Shown here piece after piece: positions 1-11,927 of a stretch of 64,000 nt of DNA. Made by a program: the position numbers and the translations under genes. The notes under the pieces are model-generated. The model ran no database searches and was not told the DNA's origin. It saw only the letters and a program-made list of their open reading frames with translations. Within the stretch, counting starts at the first letter, position 1; each line of letters opens with the position of its first letter. This DNA comes from Podarcis vaucheri (taxonomy: Eukaryota), in the NCBI GenBank assembly GCA_965113315.1, contig OZ220370.1; one strand, given 5' to 3'.

Positions 1-511
1 CTTTGCTGGAAGAAGTTTAAGAAACGCCCACTGACGGATTCTGCCAGCGATTGAGACAGCCACGGGTGAGTGGCTGCTCGGACAGGAAAGGTTCACTCAG
101 GCAACCCAGCCAGGTGCTGGGACAAGCTTACGTATGAGCAAGCCCTGGAACCATTACACTTCTGCAAATGGAATTGTAAAAATACTGCATCTCTGGAAAT
201 TTCTGATATGGCAATTTCAGGAGCTAGAATTTGTGGCATTTTTGTTGGCAATAATGAAAGTATTGCCTGACCATGGAGTTTGAAAGTTTTCTTCATAGTC
301 ACAGTAGCAGTTCCAAGACATTAAAAGTCACTGGCCAGCATGAAAAAATCTAAAAAGTGAGTCTAAAAAGCAATGAAGTATTAATTCCAAAAGAGCCAAA
401 GGAGGGCATTCTCAAATATCTGACTCTTTCAGTTGTCCTTTTTACTGGAACACAAAGATATGATCATACTGGTAGTATTTCTGCTTTTTATTTTCATAAC
501 AAAACAACATT

Positions 512-552
512 TGCAATTCTCTCTCTGAGCCTCAGAGTGTCACTGTTGGCCA
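512..552 (+). promoter_or_regulatory. Pcdh promoter CSE / CTCF-type site of exon 1 (core CACT)
   Basis: TGCAA at 512 and CTCAGAGTGT-CACT-GTTGGCCA with the core starting at 541 (29-nt offset). The same architecture precedes every variable exon in the window. Confidence 0.8.
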
Positions 553-817
553 GCGTGGTGCCAGAAAAAAGGATGGAGATCTAGTTATGCTTCTCCTACA
601 AAGTGAGTGTTTCATCAGTTCTGTACAGACTGGATGAAGAGAAAAACACAAAGGCGTTGCAGTCTGGCTGAAAAAAAGGAAAAGGCTCCCAATCCTCACA
701 ATCTAAGAAAGAAGACAGTTTATATTTACTTACAGAGATTTCCTCTGTGTTATTGAGAAACTGATCTGGTCACTACAAGCTGCAGAAAAGGAGGCAGAAA
801 ATTTCTCAGTGATCTGG

Positions 818-3238
818 ATGGACAAAAGGCAGGAAGAGGATGGCAGAACATTCAGAAGGCAAGTACTGCTTCTCTTATTTTTGCCTTTCTCCTGCTGGGC
901 TGCCTCAGAGCAGATTCGCTATTCTATCCCTGAGGAGATGGCAAAGGGTTCGATTGTGGGGAATCTTGCCAAAGATTTGGGACTGAATGCCAGAGATCTA
1001 GGAAGGCGCAATCTGCATGCTGCCTCTGTGAACAAAATGCAGTATTTCAGTATAAGTGCAGACAATGGAAATCTTTATGTGAATGACAGAATTGATAGGG
1101 AGGAAATATGTGGCACAACTCCACTCTGCCTTATTAATTTTGAAGTGGTGATGGAAAATCCTTTAAATGTTTTCCATATAACAATTCTTGTACAGGATAT
1201 TAATGATAATGCACCACATTTCCTTGGTGATATAATCAACTTGGAGATAATAGAATCAACTGTTCTAGGAACCAGATTTCTCCTTGGGAAAGCAGAAGAT
1301 CCTGATATTGGGTTGAACTCTCTCCAGAATTACCAGCTGAGCTCCAACCAGTACTTCACCTTGGAAGTAAGGGAGAGAAAAGATGGAAATAAATATGCAG
1401 AATTAGTGCTAAGTAAAGTTATGGATCGAGAAAGTGAACAGACTATTCACTTGATCCTTACAGCCTTGGATGGGGGCGAACCAAGAAAAACTGGGACTGT
1501 CCAGATACGAATTAATGTCACAGATGCCAATGACAACCCACCTGTTTTCACTCAGGAGGTGTACAAAGTCAATATACCTGAAAATGTTCCTGTTGGGTCA
1601 CTTGTGCTCCAGGTTGTAGCCTCAGATAAAGATGAAAGCTCTTATGCTCAGATCAGGTATCAGTTCAGCAACATACCAGCAAGCAGCCACAAGAAATTCA
1701 GTTTGGATCCAATTAATGGCATAGTCACTCTTACAGGACTGCTCAACTTTGAGGAAACTAAAGAATATACCATGGCAGTAGAAGCCAAAGATGGTGGCGG
1801 ATTGGTGGCACAATCCAACATTGAAATAACTGTACTTGATGAGAATGATAATGCCCCAGAGGTGACTTTAGCCTCCATGTTCAGTCCTGTTCCTGAAGAT
1901 TCTCTGCCAGGAACTGTTATTGCTCTGATCAATGTGAATGACAAAGATAGTGGAGATAATGGGAAGGTTACTTGCTATTTACAGGATGATTTACCCTTCA
2001 AAATTCTTCCCTCATCTAACAATTACTTCAAGCTCCAGACCGACAGTCCTTTGGATAGAGAAATAGCTCCTGCATATAATATTACAATCACAGCCACTGA
2101 TAAAGGAACTCCACCTCTTTCCACACACAAAACAATCTCTCTACAGATCTCAGATATCAATGATAATGCCCCTACCTTTCAGAAGCCATCCTACAACATC
2201 TATGTGCCAGAAAACAATCCTTCAGGTGCCTCCATTTTCACCATCAAAGCCTCTGATTCTGACATGGATCAGAACTCACGGATCACATACTCCATCCTCA
2301 ACAGCAACATTGAGGAGCTTCCCATCTCCTCCTATATCTCCATTAATTCAGAGACTGGCACTATCTATGCTCAGAGATCCTTTGACTATGAACAATTCAG
2401 AGAGTTCCGGCTGCAAGTGAAGGCCCAAGATGGGGGTTCTCCGCCTCTCAGCAGCAATGTGACCGTCAGGGTGTTTGTTCTTGACAGGAATGATAACAGC
2501 CCTCGTATCCTGTCCCCCTCACAAGAAGCCAAGGTCTCAGCCTTGTTTGAGATGGTGCCTCGTTCGGCCGAGGCAGATTATCTTGTCACCAAGGTGGTGG
2601 CCGTGGATGCAGATTCTGGACACAACGCCTGGCTCTCCTACCACCTGACTCAGGCCACTGAGCCGGCACTCTTCACGGTTGGTTCTCATACTGGAGAGAT
2701 CAGGACCGCCAGGGCCTTTGTGGAGAGAGATGCTGTGAAACAGAGACTGGTCATTATGGTGAAGGATAACGGGCAGCCGTCTCTCTCGGCCACCATGACT
2801 CTGAACCTGGTGTTTGCTGAGAACTTTCAGGAGGCCCTTCCGGAAATGAAGAGCCAACCCAGCAGCTCGGAGTATCAGTCTGACCTGCAGTTCTACTTGG
2901 TGCTGGCCTTAGCTGTGATCTCCTTCTTGTTCCTCTTGACTGTCATTCTGGCCGTTACAATGAAGCTCCGTCACTCAGGGCATCCCAGGTTCCTACAGTG
3001 CTTTGGTCCGGTTCCCCATTCCAAGAATGGTGCCATCTTCCCACCCAACTTTGAAGATGGGACTTTGCCCTATTCCTACCAGCTGTGTCTGTCTTCTGAG
3101 TCCAGGAAGAATGAGTTTACCTTCCTGACACCAAATATACAGATTGCAGAGAATATTCTTAGCAGTGAGAAACCTGCTGTGCCTTTTACAGGCAATGTAG
3201 GAAACAATTTTGATTCTGCAGTAGATAATGGAGAACAG
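818..3238 (+). CDS. PCDHGB: Protocadherin gammaB-like variable exon 1 (type A)
   Basis: ORF 809-3256, first ATG at 818. Signal peptide, then [15 protein letters not shown], six cadherin repeats (DRE/DxND/DxD motifs), TM, and [15 protein letters not shown] typical of gammaB. Phase-0 donor CAG|GTAAGG at 3238/3239. Numbered orthologue cannot be assigned. Confidence 0.93.
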
Positions 3239-4414
3239 GTAAGGCTTGTTTTCTGAAGTTAAATGCCATTATCCATCATTCTTTGCCATTAGTGACATTG
3301 TCACAGTGTTTTTTATCCAGCTAATGTGACTGCCTTTTTGTTTTTCACCATATAAATGAATAGTTTGGCTCTTACATCATTTGGCTTTCATGAATCAGGA
3401 TGCTCCTTTTCGCTCCATAGGGAAGCTGCACATTGCATCTTCGAGCCATGCCCTTGAAACCATCTGGTAGAACTTATCTTGCTGTCATTTGAACAACTAG
3501 TATCTACTACTTTCATTAAATTAAATAAAGAGAGGAAAAGAACTTTGCTTTTCACATTACTTGGCTTTGGGGGGGGCAGCAATTTTGGCTGTAGAATCAA
3601 AGGAGGGCACCTTGCTATATAGCAGAAAATACTGTCACTGTTATTAGTATTACTAGCAATTTTTTTAAGCAATAGATTTTAAAGACATACACTTTTGAAA
3701 GGTGTCTGTAAATTATGCTTTAGTTTCCTCTCCATAAAATCAAATTAATTATAAATTTGTTCATTTATACTGCGTGAATTTTCAATTTAATGAACTGCAG
3801 CTTCCATGAACTTCAGTAGATTGTTTGAATCTAGGTTATGAGTGTGAATTATGCTGTTTATATAATTTCACTTAGATATTATGCAATGAATTGCTGCCTA
3901 CAATTCACATCAAATATCATTGTGTAAAGTATTTATACATAGTTCAGATCCAGAGCTTTCCTGTTTCATTCAATGAAGAGGAAAGTTCCAGAAACATCAG
4001 ATTGAATTGCCTTATCAAACTAATGACGTCTACATTAGTTTAGTCCACACATTTTTCTTATTTTAATACTGGAATACTTATTTTAATACTGGAATTCAGT
4101 ATTAAAATTCAGAGTGTGGAGAATTAAAGCCTAGCTACATCTAGATACCAGTATTCCATTTAAATAGTCCACAATGCACATGTTCTATGTAGGTTAGAAA
4201 CCTAAGGAACCTATAGTGGGCGCAACATGGCATAAAAGGATGCTTAGCCTCACAGCGTCCTTACTACTTTGGGTGGATCTGGAAAGGAGAACTAATTATC
4301 TCATATTCCTTTAAGTGAAACCACATTGCATTAAAGCTCTTTCTGAACAACTGTCTGAAAGACAAACAGGGGGTCAGATAATGTGGGATATTTTCTTAAA
4401 TACATGCATTGTGC

Positions 4415-4865
4415 ATTTATTTATTTTTAAAATTTATTTAAAACAAAAATAAAAGAATTACATACAGTCAGAGAGTTATCTTCAAATACTCCACAGAGCT
4501 TTGCTAAAGTGTATATTCTAAAATCATTTCAATCTCAACAGAAACAAAATGGTACATAATAACCTCCATCTCTTTGACTGTTGATCACAACTACAAATAT
4601 ATATTGTATCAGCAGCAGTGCTAGTCTGCAGGGATTATACAAAGGCAAGAAGGAAGGAGGAAAAATAAAATAAAATATGTGCTTCATGCACACCAAACTG
4701 TGCTGTAGGCCAAGGCACCGTTCTGCCACATTCCTCATTGTTTGTATAATCTATAAAGTCATCCAAGACTGCATAAAAGTTATCATATTTCCCCTGGCCT
4801 CTTGCTATCTTCAATTTCCATGTCAGTTTTTTCAATAATGCTACCTGCCAGATTGCACTGCCTGT
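4415..4865 (-). mobile_element. L1/Tx1-like LINE 3' fragment
   Basis: Minus-strand translation WQVALLKKLTWKLK...FYAVLDDFIDY resembles an L1-clade ORF2 C-terminus and is followed by an AT-rich 3' end. Confidence 0.5.
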
Positions 4866-4947
4866 GTCATGTATTTCTGTCTCATGATTTAGACAATAAT
4901 AATGATAGTTACATGATATTTATATGTTTCAAAAGGCATTGCATATA

Positions 4948-5064
4948 ATGGGTCAGATTCAGAATTAGTTATCCTTGGACCAAGTTAGTAAAGTAAGACT
5001 AATTTAAGTCAATTCTATTTAAGTCTGGCTACTTTAAGTATGATGAAGTCTGGATTTGACACAT
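4948..5064. repeat. Short palindromic (hairpin) interspersed repeat
   Basis: Imperfect inverted ends ATGGGTCAGATTCAGA...TCTGGATTTGACACAT. Related copies at ~27917-28040 and ~56335-56455. Confidence 0.4.
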
Positions 5065-6361
5065 TATCTTATAATTCTTATATAAGTGAGTTCCTGTCAG
5101 AGGCAAAATTCATACCATGGGATTCCTGGTTCACAGTTTTGTTCTTTACATGAGACCAGCTCAATATACATGAAGCATGTTGAATTCTTGAACTGCTCTA
5201 CCAACATGTTAGCTATGCTGCTTACATGACATGAATGCATGAATAGATGGATAACTGTATTTCTGATCATAGCATTGTGGGATATCTTAGCAGGTTCTTG
5301 AGTTACTTACGCCTGCAATGAACCACCCACTCCAACTCCCTGCTGGGCTCATGGCCAGTAGGGCAGATGTGAGGATGGAGGAGTGTTCTTGCCAGGGTTG
5401 GTGCTAGCTGTTGGAAGGAATTAGGGGACAGGACCATGACTGACAATTGCAGTGTGCTCAGCTACCACATAAACATAGAAAAAGAAGTTTAAAAATGGAG
5501 GGCTCAGAACATTTGAGGTTCAGCATAAAACACCCAGGGCTAATTTATGTAGTTTTGTTCCTTTATTAAATGAAGTTGCATTAACAGCTGGAGACGATAT
5601 GTAGCTTCCTAAAATACTGAAAGGACCATTTTGATTTCTGAGTAGCTTTCTGGTTGTCCTGTCCCACCCCCACTCCCCGCCGGAAAAATAGGGGATTCCA
5701 TATTGTTTGCATATGTAGAGGGGATGACCCATATCTGTGATATTGTGAAGTAGCTGGGGTGTTGTATAAGGTCAAAAGCACGCACCACAAAGTAAATGAA
5801 ATCAGCAAAGTGTCTATCGTAACTGCACAAATGGGCAGGTGGGGAAAATGGCAAAGGTAAATACTGACACAGTACATCTGTTGAAGGAGAAAGCTACACA
5901 AACAGACCAGAAATCGTGTGGACATAAGGTGACAAAATAGGACTTGAGATGTGGCACTATTTTCAGTGAAATTATGTAAAGATAAACACACTTTTCAGAC
6001 ACGTCCTTAGGCTTTCCACACACAGTCTAAGATGCCTGTAAATACCTAATACAATATTTTTCTAATTTGTTTAAAAGTCTTTTATTATAAATAACAATAT
6101 CATTCTCATACTTCAGTCTGCTATTCTGATTTTTTTTCTAAAGAAATTGTGGAAATAGTGCTATAAATTCATTACTGCTTTTTCTTTGCTGTAAATATTC
6201 ACTTGAAGCTGATTCCTTTTAACCTATTTGAATGGTGAACAGATAACACTTTCTAACAGGCATATTCACATAACCTGTATGAGAATATGGTCTGAGTCAT
6301 TACATAAAAATACTACTATGTCATGTCATGAATTAGGAGAGAAAAATCACTGGGAAAAGAT

Positions 6362-6403
6362 TGCAGTTCTTGGTTTCAGACTCACAGTGTCACTGTTGGA
6401 CAA
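6362..6403 (+). promoter_or_regulatory. CSE/CTCF-type site of exon 2 (core CACT)
   Basis: TGCAG at 6362; CTCACAGTGT-CACT-GTTGGACAA with core at 6391 (29-nt offset). Confidence 0.8.
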
Positions 6404-6600
6404 GGCGGCAATCCAAGGGCAGCTGAAGTTCCACTGATGCTTTCTGCAGAGAGATCTCTTTGTCCCAAACTGCACATCGGGAATACCAGCAGCTGGAAAA
6501 CAGAAAACACTGCAGCATATACAAATTAAGCCAAAGGATCCATTTCTTTTTTTACTGGGGGAAAATCTGAAATCCTGTGCTCATCAAAGAGAAGAGGAAA

Positions 6601-9030
6601 ATGAAGATGAGAGGAATCCTTCATGGAGAGAGCTTTCAAACACCAGGAAGGCATATTACCCTTCTGATATTATCATCTTTGTTTTGTGGAGCAGTTTTGG
6701 AAGAGGTTAACTATTCCATCCCTGAGGAGATGGCAAAGGGGTCTTTGGTGGGAAATCTTGCCAAGGATCTAGGACTGAATGTCAGAGAACTGAAGAGCAG
6801 AAACCTGCATATCATTTCTGAAGGTAAAAAGCCATATTTCACTATCAATGCTGAAAATGGAAACCTGTATGTGAATGAGAGGATAGATCGTGAGGGGATG
6901 TGTAGAGAGAGCACACACTGCATTATAGATTTTGAAGCGATGGTTGAAAAGCCATTGAATGTTTTCCATGTAAGTGTAGCAATTCAGGACATTAATGATA
7001 ATGCGCCACAATTCTTAGAAGCCAATATTAGACTGGAAATAATTGAATCCACATTGCCAGGTGCTAGATTTCTCCTTGGGAAAGCTGAAGATCCTGATAT
7101 TGGGATTAATTCTCTCCAAAACTACCAGTTAAACCTAAATCAGTTCTTTGTATTAGAAATTAAACACAGTCTAAATGGCCATAAAAATGCAGAGTTGGTG
7201 CTGCAAAAACCTTTGGATCGGGAAAGTGAGCACTCGCTTCAGTTGATCCTTACAGCTCTTGATGGAGGTGAACCCAAAAAAACTGGGACTGCCCAGATAT
7301 GGATTAATGTCACAGATGCCAATGACAACCCACCAGTCTTCACTCAAGAGGTTTATACAGTTAGCCTGAGGGAAAATTCCCCTGTGGGGTCCCCCATACT
7401 CCAAGTAAAAGCCTCTGATAGGGATGAAGGTTCAAATAATCAGATCCATTACACATTCAGTAAAGTCCCAGAAAAAGTCTATGAAAAATTTAGACTAGAT
7501 CCACAAAGTGGAACAATTACAATTAAGGAGACCCTTGACTTTGAGGAAACAGAGAAGTACACTATGGCAGTTGAAGCAAGAGATGGAGGTGGATTAGTGG
7601 CTCACTGTAATGTTGATATAAAGATTATAGATGAGAATGATAATGCTCCAGAAATTATTCTAGCCTCCTTATCTTCTCCAATTCCCGAAGATTCTGTTTC
7701 TGAAACAGTAATAGCTCTCATCAACGTAAAGGATAGGGATTCGGGAGAAAATGGAAAGATCACCTGCCACTTACAAAGTAATGTACCATTTAAAATAGTG
7801 TCAACATCTAAGAACTACTACAAAATCCTTACAGACAGTCCTTTGGACAGAGAAAAAGCCTCAGGATACAACATCACAATCACGGCCACCGACAAAGGTA
7901 GCCCCCCTCTCTCCTCCAACAAAACCATCTCCCTGCAGATTTCAGATATCAATGACAACCCCCCTGCCTTTGAAAAATCAACTTACAGTGTCTTTGTGCC
8001 TGAAAACAATCCCTCAGGTGCCTCCATTTTCTCCATCAAAGCCTTGGACCCAGATCTGGACCGTAACTCACGTATCACTTACTCCATCCTCAACAGCAAC
8101 ATGGAGGAGCTGCCTCTCTCCTCTTATGTCTCCATCAACTCTGAGACGGGAACTATCTATGCACAGCGCTCCTTTGACTATGAGCAATTCAGGGAGTTTC
8201 AGATCCAAGTGAAGGCCCAAGATGGCGGCTCTCCCTCTCTCAGCAACAACGCCACCGTGTGGGTGTACATTTTGGATCAGAACGATAACAGCCCTCGCGT
8301 TCTGTATCCTCTCCCGGGTGTTGAGGGCTCTGCCTTATTTGAGATGGTTCCTCACTCGGCAGAGCCAGGCTACCTAGTGACCAAAGTGGTGGCTGTGGAC
8401 GCGGACTCTGGGCACAATGCCTGGCTCTCCTACCAAGTGCTGCAGGCCACGGAGCCAGCCCTCTTCACCATTGGGACCCACACGGGAGAGATCAGGACGT
8501 CACGAGCCCTTCTGGAGAAAGATGCTGTGAAACAGAAGCTGGTCATCTTGGTGAAGGACAATGGGAAGGCTCAGCTCTCAGCTACTGTGGTCCTCAACCT
8601 CGTGGTTGCCGAGAACTTCCAAGAGGCACTTCCGGAAATGACTAGGCAATCCAGTGACATAGAACATCATTCTGACCTCCAGTTTTACTTGGTGCTGGCT
8701 TTGGCATTGATCTCATTTTTATTCCTCCTGACGGTGATACTGGTCATTGTCATGAAACTTCGACAATCAGGAAATCCCAAATTATTCCAGTGCTTTGAAC
8801 CTAATGCTTTTTCTAAGGCGCAGGTCATATTTCCACCAAACTATGAAGAAGGAACTTTACCTTATTCCTACCAACTCTGCCTATCGTCAGAGATGAGGAA
8901 AGAGCAGATCTCTTTCCCAAAACCCCATATCCAGGTGGCAGAAAACTTGCTATGCAATGATAGCTCTCAGGTGGTTCTTGTGGATGGCAACTGTGGGGAT
9001 GCCAATGCCAAAGAGGAGGTTGGTGAGCAG
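6601..9030 (+). CDS. PCDHGB: Protocadherin gammaB-like variable exon 2 (type B)
   Basis: ORF 6577-9198, first ATG at 6601. [17 protein letters not shown]1-6, [20 protein letters not shown]. Donor CAG|GTAAGC at 9030; 810 codons. Confidence 0.93.
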
Positions 9031-10229
9031 GTAAGCTTTGCTTTCAGAAACAGCATTGCTCCTTATAAGAATAAAACTAATATTTTTATTTCATTTTACT
9101 ATATAAAGGGGTCAGGAAATGGAAATTACATTGTTAGCAGCCATTGTCCTGATTGTGAAAAATTTTCCTTACACATAGCTTTTAAGTTGCAATGCTAGAT
9201 GCAACATAAATTCTGAGGCATACAATAACGGCAGAGTGAGTCTTCCTCTCTGGAATTAAAGGAAATGTAAGCATGCATGCAGCTTGAGTGTTCAATCTTC
9301 CTGTGGGATATTAGCATGTCACCATACATATATATATATATATTTATTTATACATCCCTCATCAATTAAAAATAAGGATTTGTACTTTTTCACTCACACA
9401 AAGCACTGTTTATTTGCCCTGTTATGATCAACTTAACTGAAGAATGTATATAACATGAATGCTTCCTATTTATTTGTAGTATAATTTTGGGCTGTGTGGG
9501 GCTTCTCTGGAGGATTCATAAAAAGAAGTTGTGTGAAATAACAGCAAGCACAGAAAAAGGCACCCCAATTTATCCATGGGTGCAAGAACTTCTGTAGGGA
9601 TATTTAGTTTAGATAAAATAAATTACAAGAAGGGAAGTGAGACAGCTGTATAGAATTATGAACGAGGTTGAGAAAATGAATGGAGAGATCCCTCTCCACC
9701 ATATTACCGGAGCCTGTGGCCATTGGGTGAAGGTAAGGGAAACTGAAAGAATAAAAGGATGCACTTTGCCAATGGATCCTCTCATTGTCTTATATGATTA
9801 CTTTAAGGATTTAGAACAACAGAAGACAGATAATTACTCCAACAGTTACTGTCTGTGGCCAGAGCAACTATTTGTTATAATTGTGGGCAGGGGGCAGGGC
9901 TAAAAACACTAACTTCAGTAGAGTGGATTACTACAGCATGGAATATTTTATCAATGGTTCAACTAATTAATACAGTAAAAATCAGAGAGGGGAGGCAGTC
10001 TGATAACTTTCTGTGTGTAATTTCATAATTTATTGGTGCAATGAAGTTCAAGATAACGCAGACCCACATACTTTATTTGGATCTTTATGAAGGCTATATA
10101 CTTTATTTGATTTCATAATAGGAATTTAATGATAATTGTATGCCTAGCCATTTTGTTTTTATATAAACCATTTCTAAATAATTTGCTTATTTAAACAAAC
10201 AAACAATGGAAATCACTATCACAAGGTGC

Positions 10230-10435
10230 ACCGATGGTCACCTACTTGGGTGGTTTTAAAGGGGGATTAGAAAAAAAAAATCATTGTCACATTGGCTATA
10301 TTATGTCTAGTACCAGACACCTCTGACTGTGAACCAAGGGCAGAGCTTTTGAGGGGCATCTGGCTGGCCACAGTGGGAGAAAGGATGCTGGACTCAATAG
10401 AGCTCTGGCCTGATCCAGCAGGGCTCTTCTTATGT
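10230..10435 (+). mobile_element. Degenerate CR1 LINE 3' end
   Basis: GGTTTTAAAGGGGGATTAGA...TGGCCACAGTGGGAGAAAGGATGCTGGACT...CTGATCCAGCAGGGCTCTTCTTATGT. Paralogous copies at ~22340-22495 and ~33650-33845. Confidence 0.6.
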
Positions 10436-10910
10436 TTTTATGAAATAGAATGGTGTGCAATGTTTCTGTGTGATAGACTAGCAGATGAAAAACTAGAAGC
10501 ATGTTGAAAATTAGGCAGCACTCTGGTTGTGATCCCTTGGAAATGTCAGTTCTGTTCAGTGGGGTTCCAGTTTCAAGGGAATATATGCCAGGCAAAAATA
10601 TTTGAAGAGGATACACATCTCCAGATTGGGTTTATGGTTTTGTAGGCTGTTCTATGGAGCAATAAGAGGAGCTATTACCTTTAATGCGTACAAACTGAAA
10701 GTAAATTACTTTAGTTATTTTCTAATAAGACCTGTATCATATACTATTTCAATTAGACACTATTGATTTCTTCGAACACTTCTTGTCTCTCCACTGTTCT
10801 CAGTTCCCAAACTTCACGATGCTATTATCATAATATGAAATCATGTGTAAAGTGCCAACAAACATTTTATCCTGTTGGATCATGCCTAGCTTCCGTCAAG
10901 GTATTCCTTT

Positions 10911-11063
10911 GTGCCAAAAGCTGTTTAGTCATGCTGGCCACATGTCCCGGAAAGCTGTCTGTGGACAAATGCCGGCTCCCTCGGCCTGAAAGAGAGATGA
11001 GCGCTGCCACCCCATAGTCGCCTTTGACTGAACTTAACTATCCGGGGGTCCTTTACCTTTTTT
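10911..11063 (+). mobile_element. Sauria SINE / Bov-B-like 3' fragment
   Basis: TTAGTCATGCTGGCCACATG...GAGATGAGCGC...CCTTTACCTTT tail. Matches the reverse complement of the full element at 32358-32713 and is absent from the homologous spacer at ~35470. Confidence 0.75.
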
Positions 11064-11614
11064 ACTGCTGGTAGAGCAGCTACAGCCATTGGTCCTGCAC
11101 TTGTGCTGTCTTCCTGCTTTGATCACAGGGGAGCAACTGCTAAGCAAGTACATTTGTATAGCACCAACAGGTAGGAGGCAGTGGCAGAGTCTGATGTAGA
11201 ACCAATACTAGCGAACACACTTCCATTACCTAGTGCTGTCTAGGCAGGAGCTGCAAGTGTTGCATCTTATCTTCAACAGACAGAGAGAGAACTCTTGGAA
11301 TAGTAAGTTACTCTTGGAATTCCTACCCAACACTGAGAAGAACTTGTACTCTGTTCCATAAATGTTGATAGACATCCAACAACATAGAAGAGATAAAAAA
11401 TAGAATAATTTCAGTAGGGTGTTTATATTAATTCTATTTAAGAAAAAAATACAGGAGACTTACAGCTCTCGTTTTACTATATAACTGGATATTTACATAT
11501 TAATAATAATGTTTCCGTACTTCCAATAAAAAATGTGCATAACCTTCATGTAATTGCAGTATTAGATACAACCCCAATTTTCACAGTACCTCTGTCTATT
11601 TTCATAGAACACTA

Positions 11615-11657
11615 TGCAGTTCCTTGAGTGGTCCTCTAAGTGTCAGTGTTGGCCAAT
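11615..11657 (+). promoter_or_regulatory. CSE/CTCF-type site of exon 3 (core CAGT), followed by CCAAT
   Basis: TGCAG at 11615; CTCTAAGTGT-CAGT-GTTGGCCAAT with core at 11644. Confidence 0.78.
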
Positions 11658-11927
11658 ATGAGAGCCAGAGAGAGGATAGACATCCATTGATGCTTCCTAG
11701 ACTGCAGTAACTCCCATCACTGCTATTCAGATCAGGCCAACTGAAGAGCACAGTGACAGGGAACTCTTGCAGAGAAGGAAAAATCTCTTTTGCTTTGCAC
11801 AAATATAAGAACAAGGGCAGTTTATTCTTCCTCAGTGATACCTCATGTTGTTTCCTTCATCATTGTGAGAGCTTGAGCATAGGAAACTGAGAAAAGGAAG
11901 CAGCCTGTTTTTGAGAGAACCAGCCAG

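Noticed and set aside
2537-2857. Recurrent antisense and alternative-frame ORFs inside exons (e.g. MALHFRKG..., MTTPLPLK..., MSLDCLVI...)
   Set aside because: They recur only because the underlying Pcdh DNA is homogenised and GC-rich, and there is no independent coding signal.
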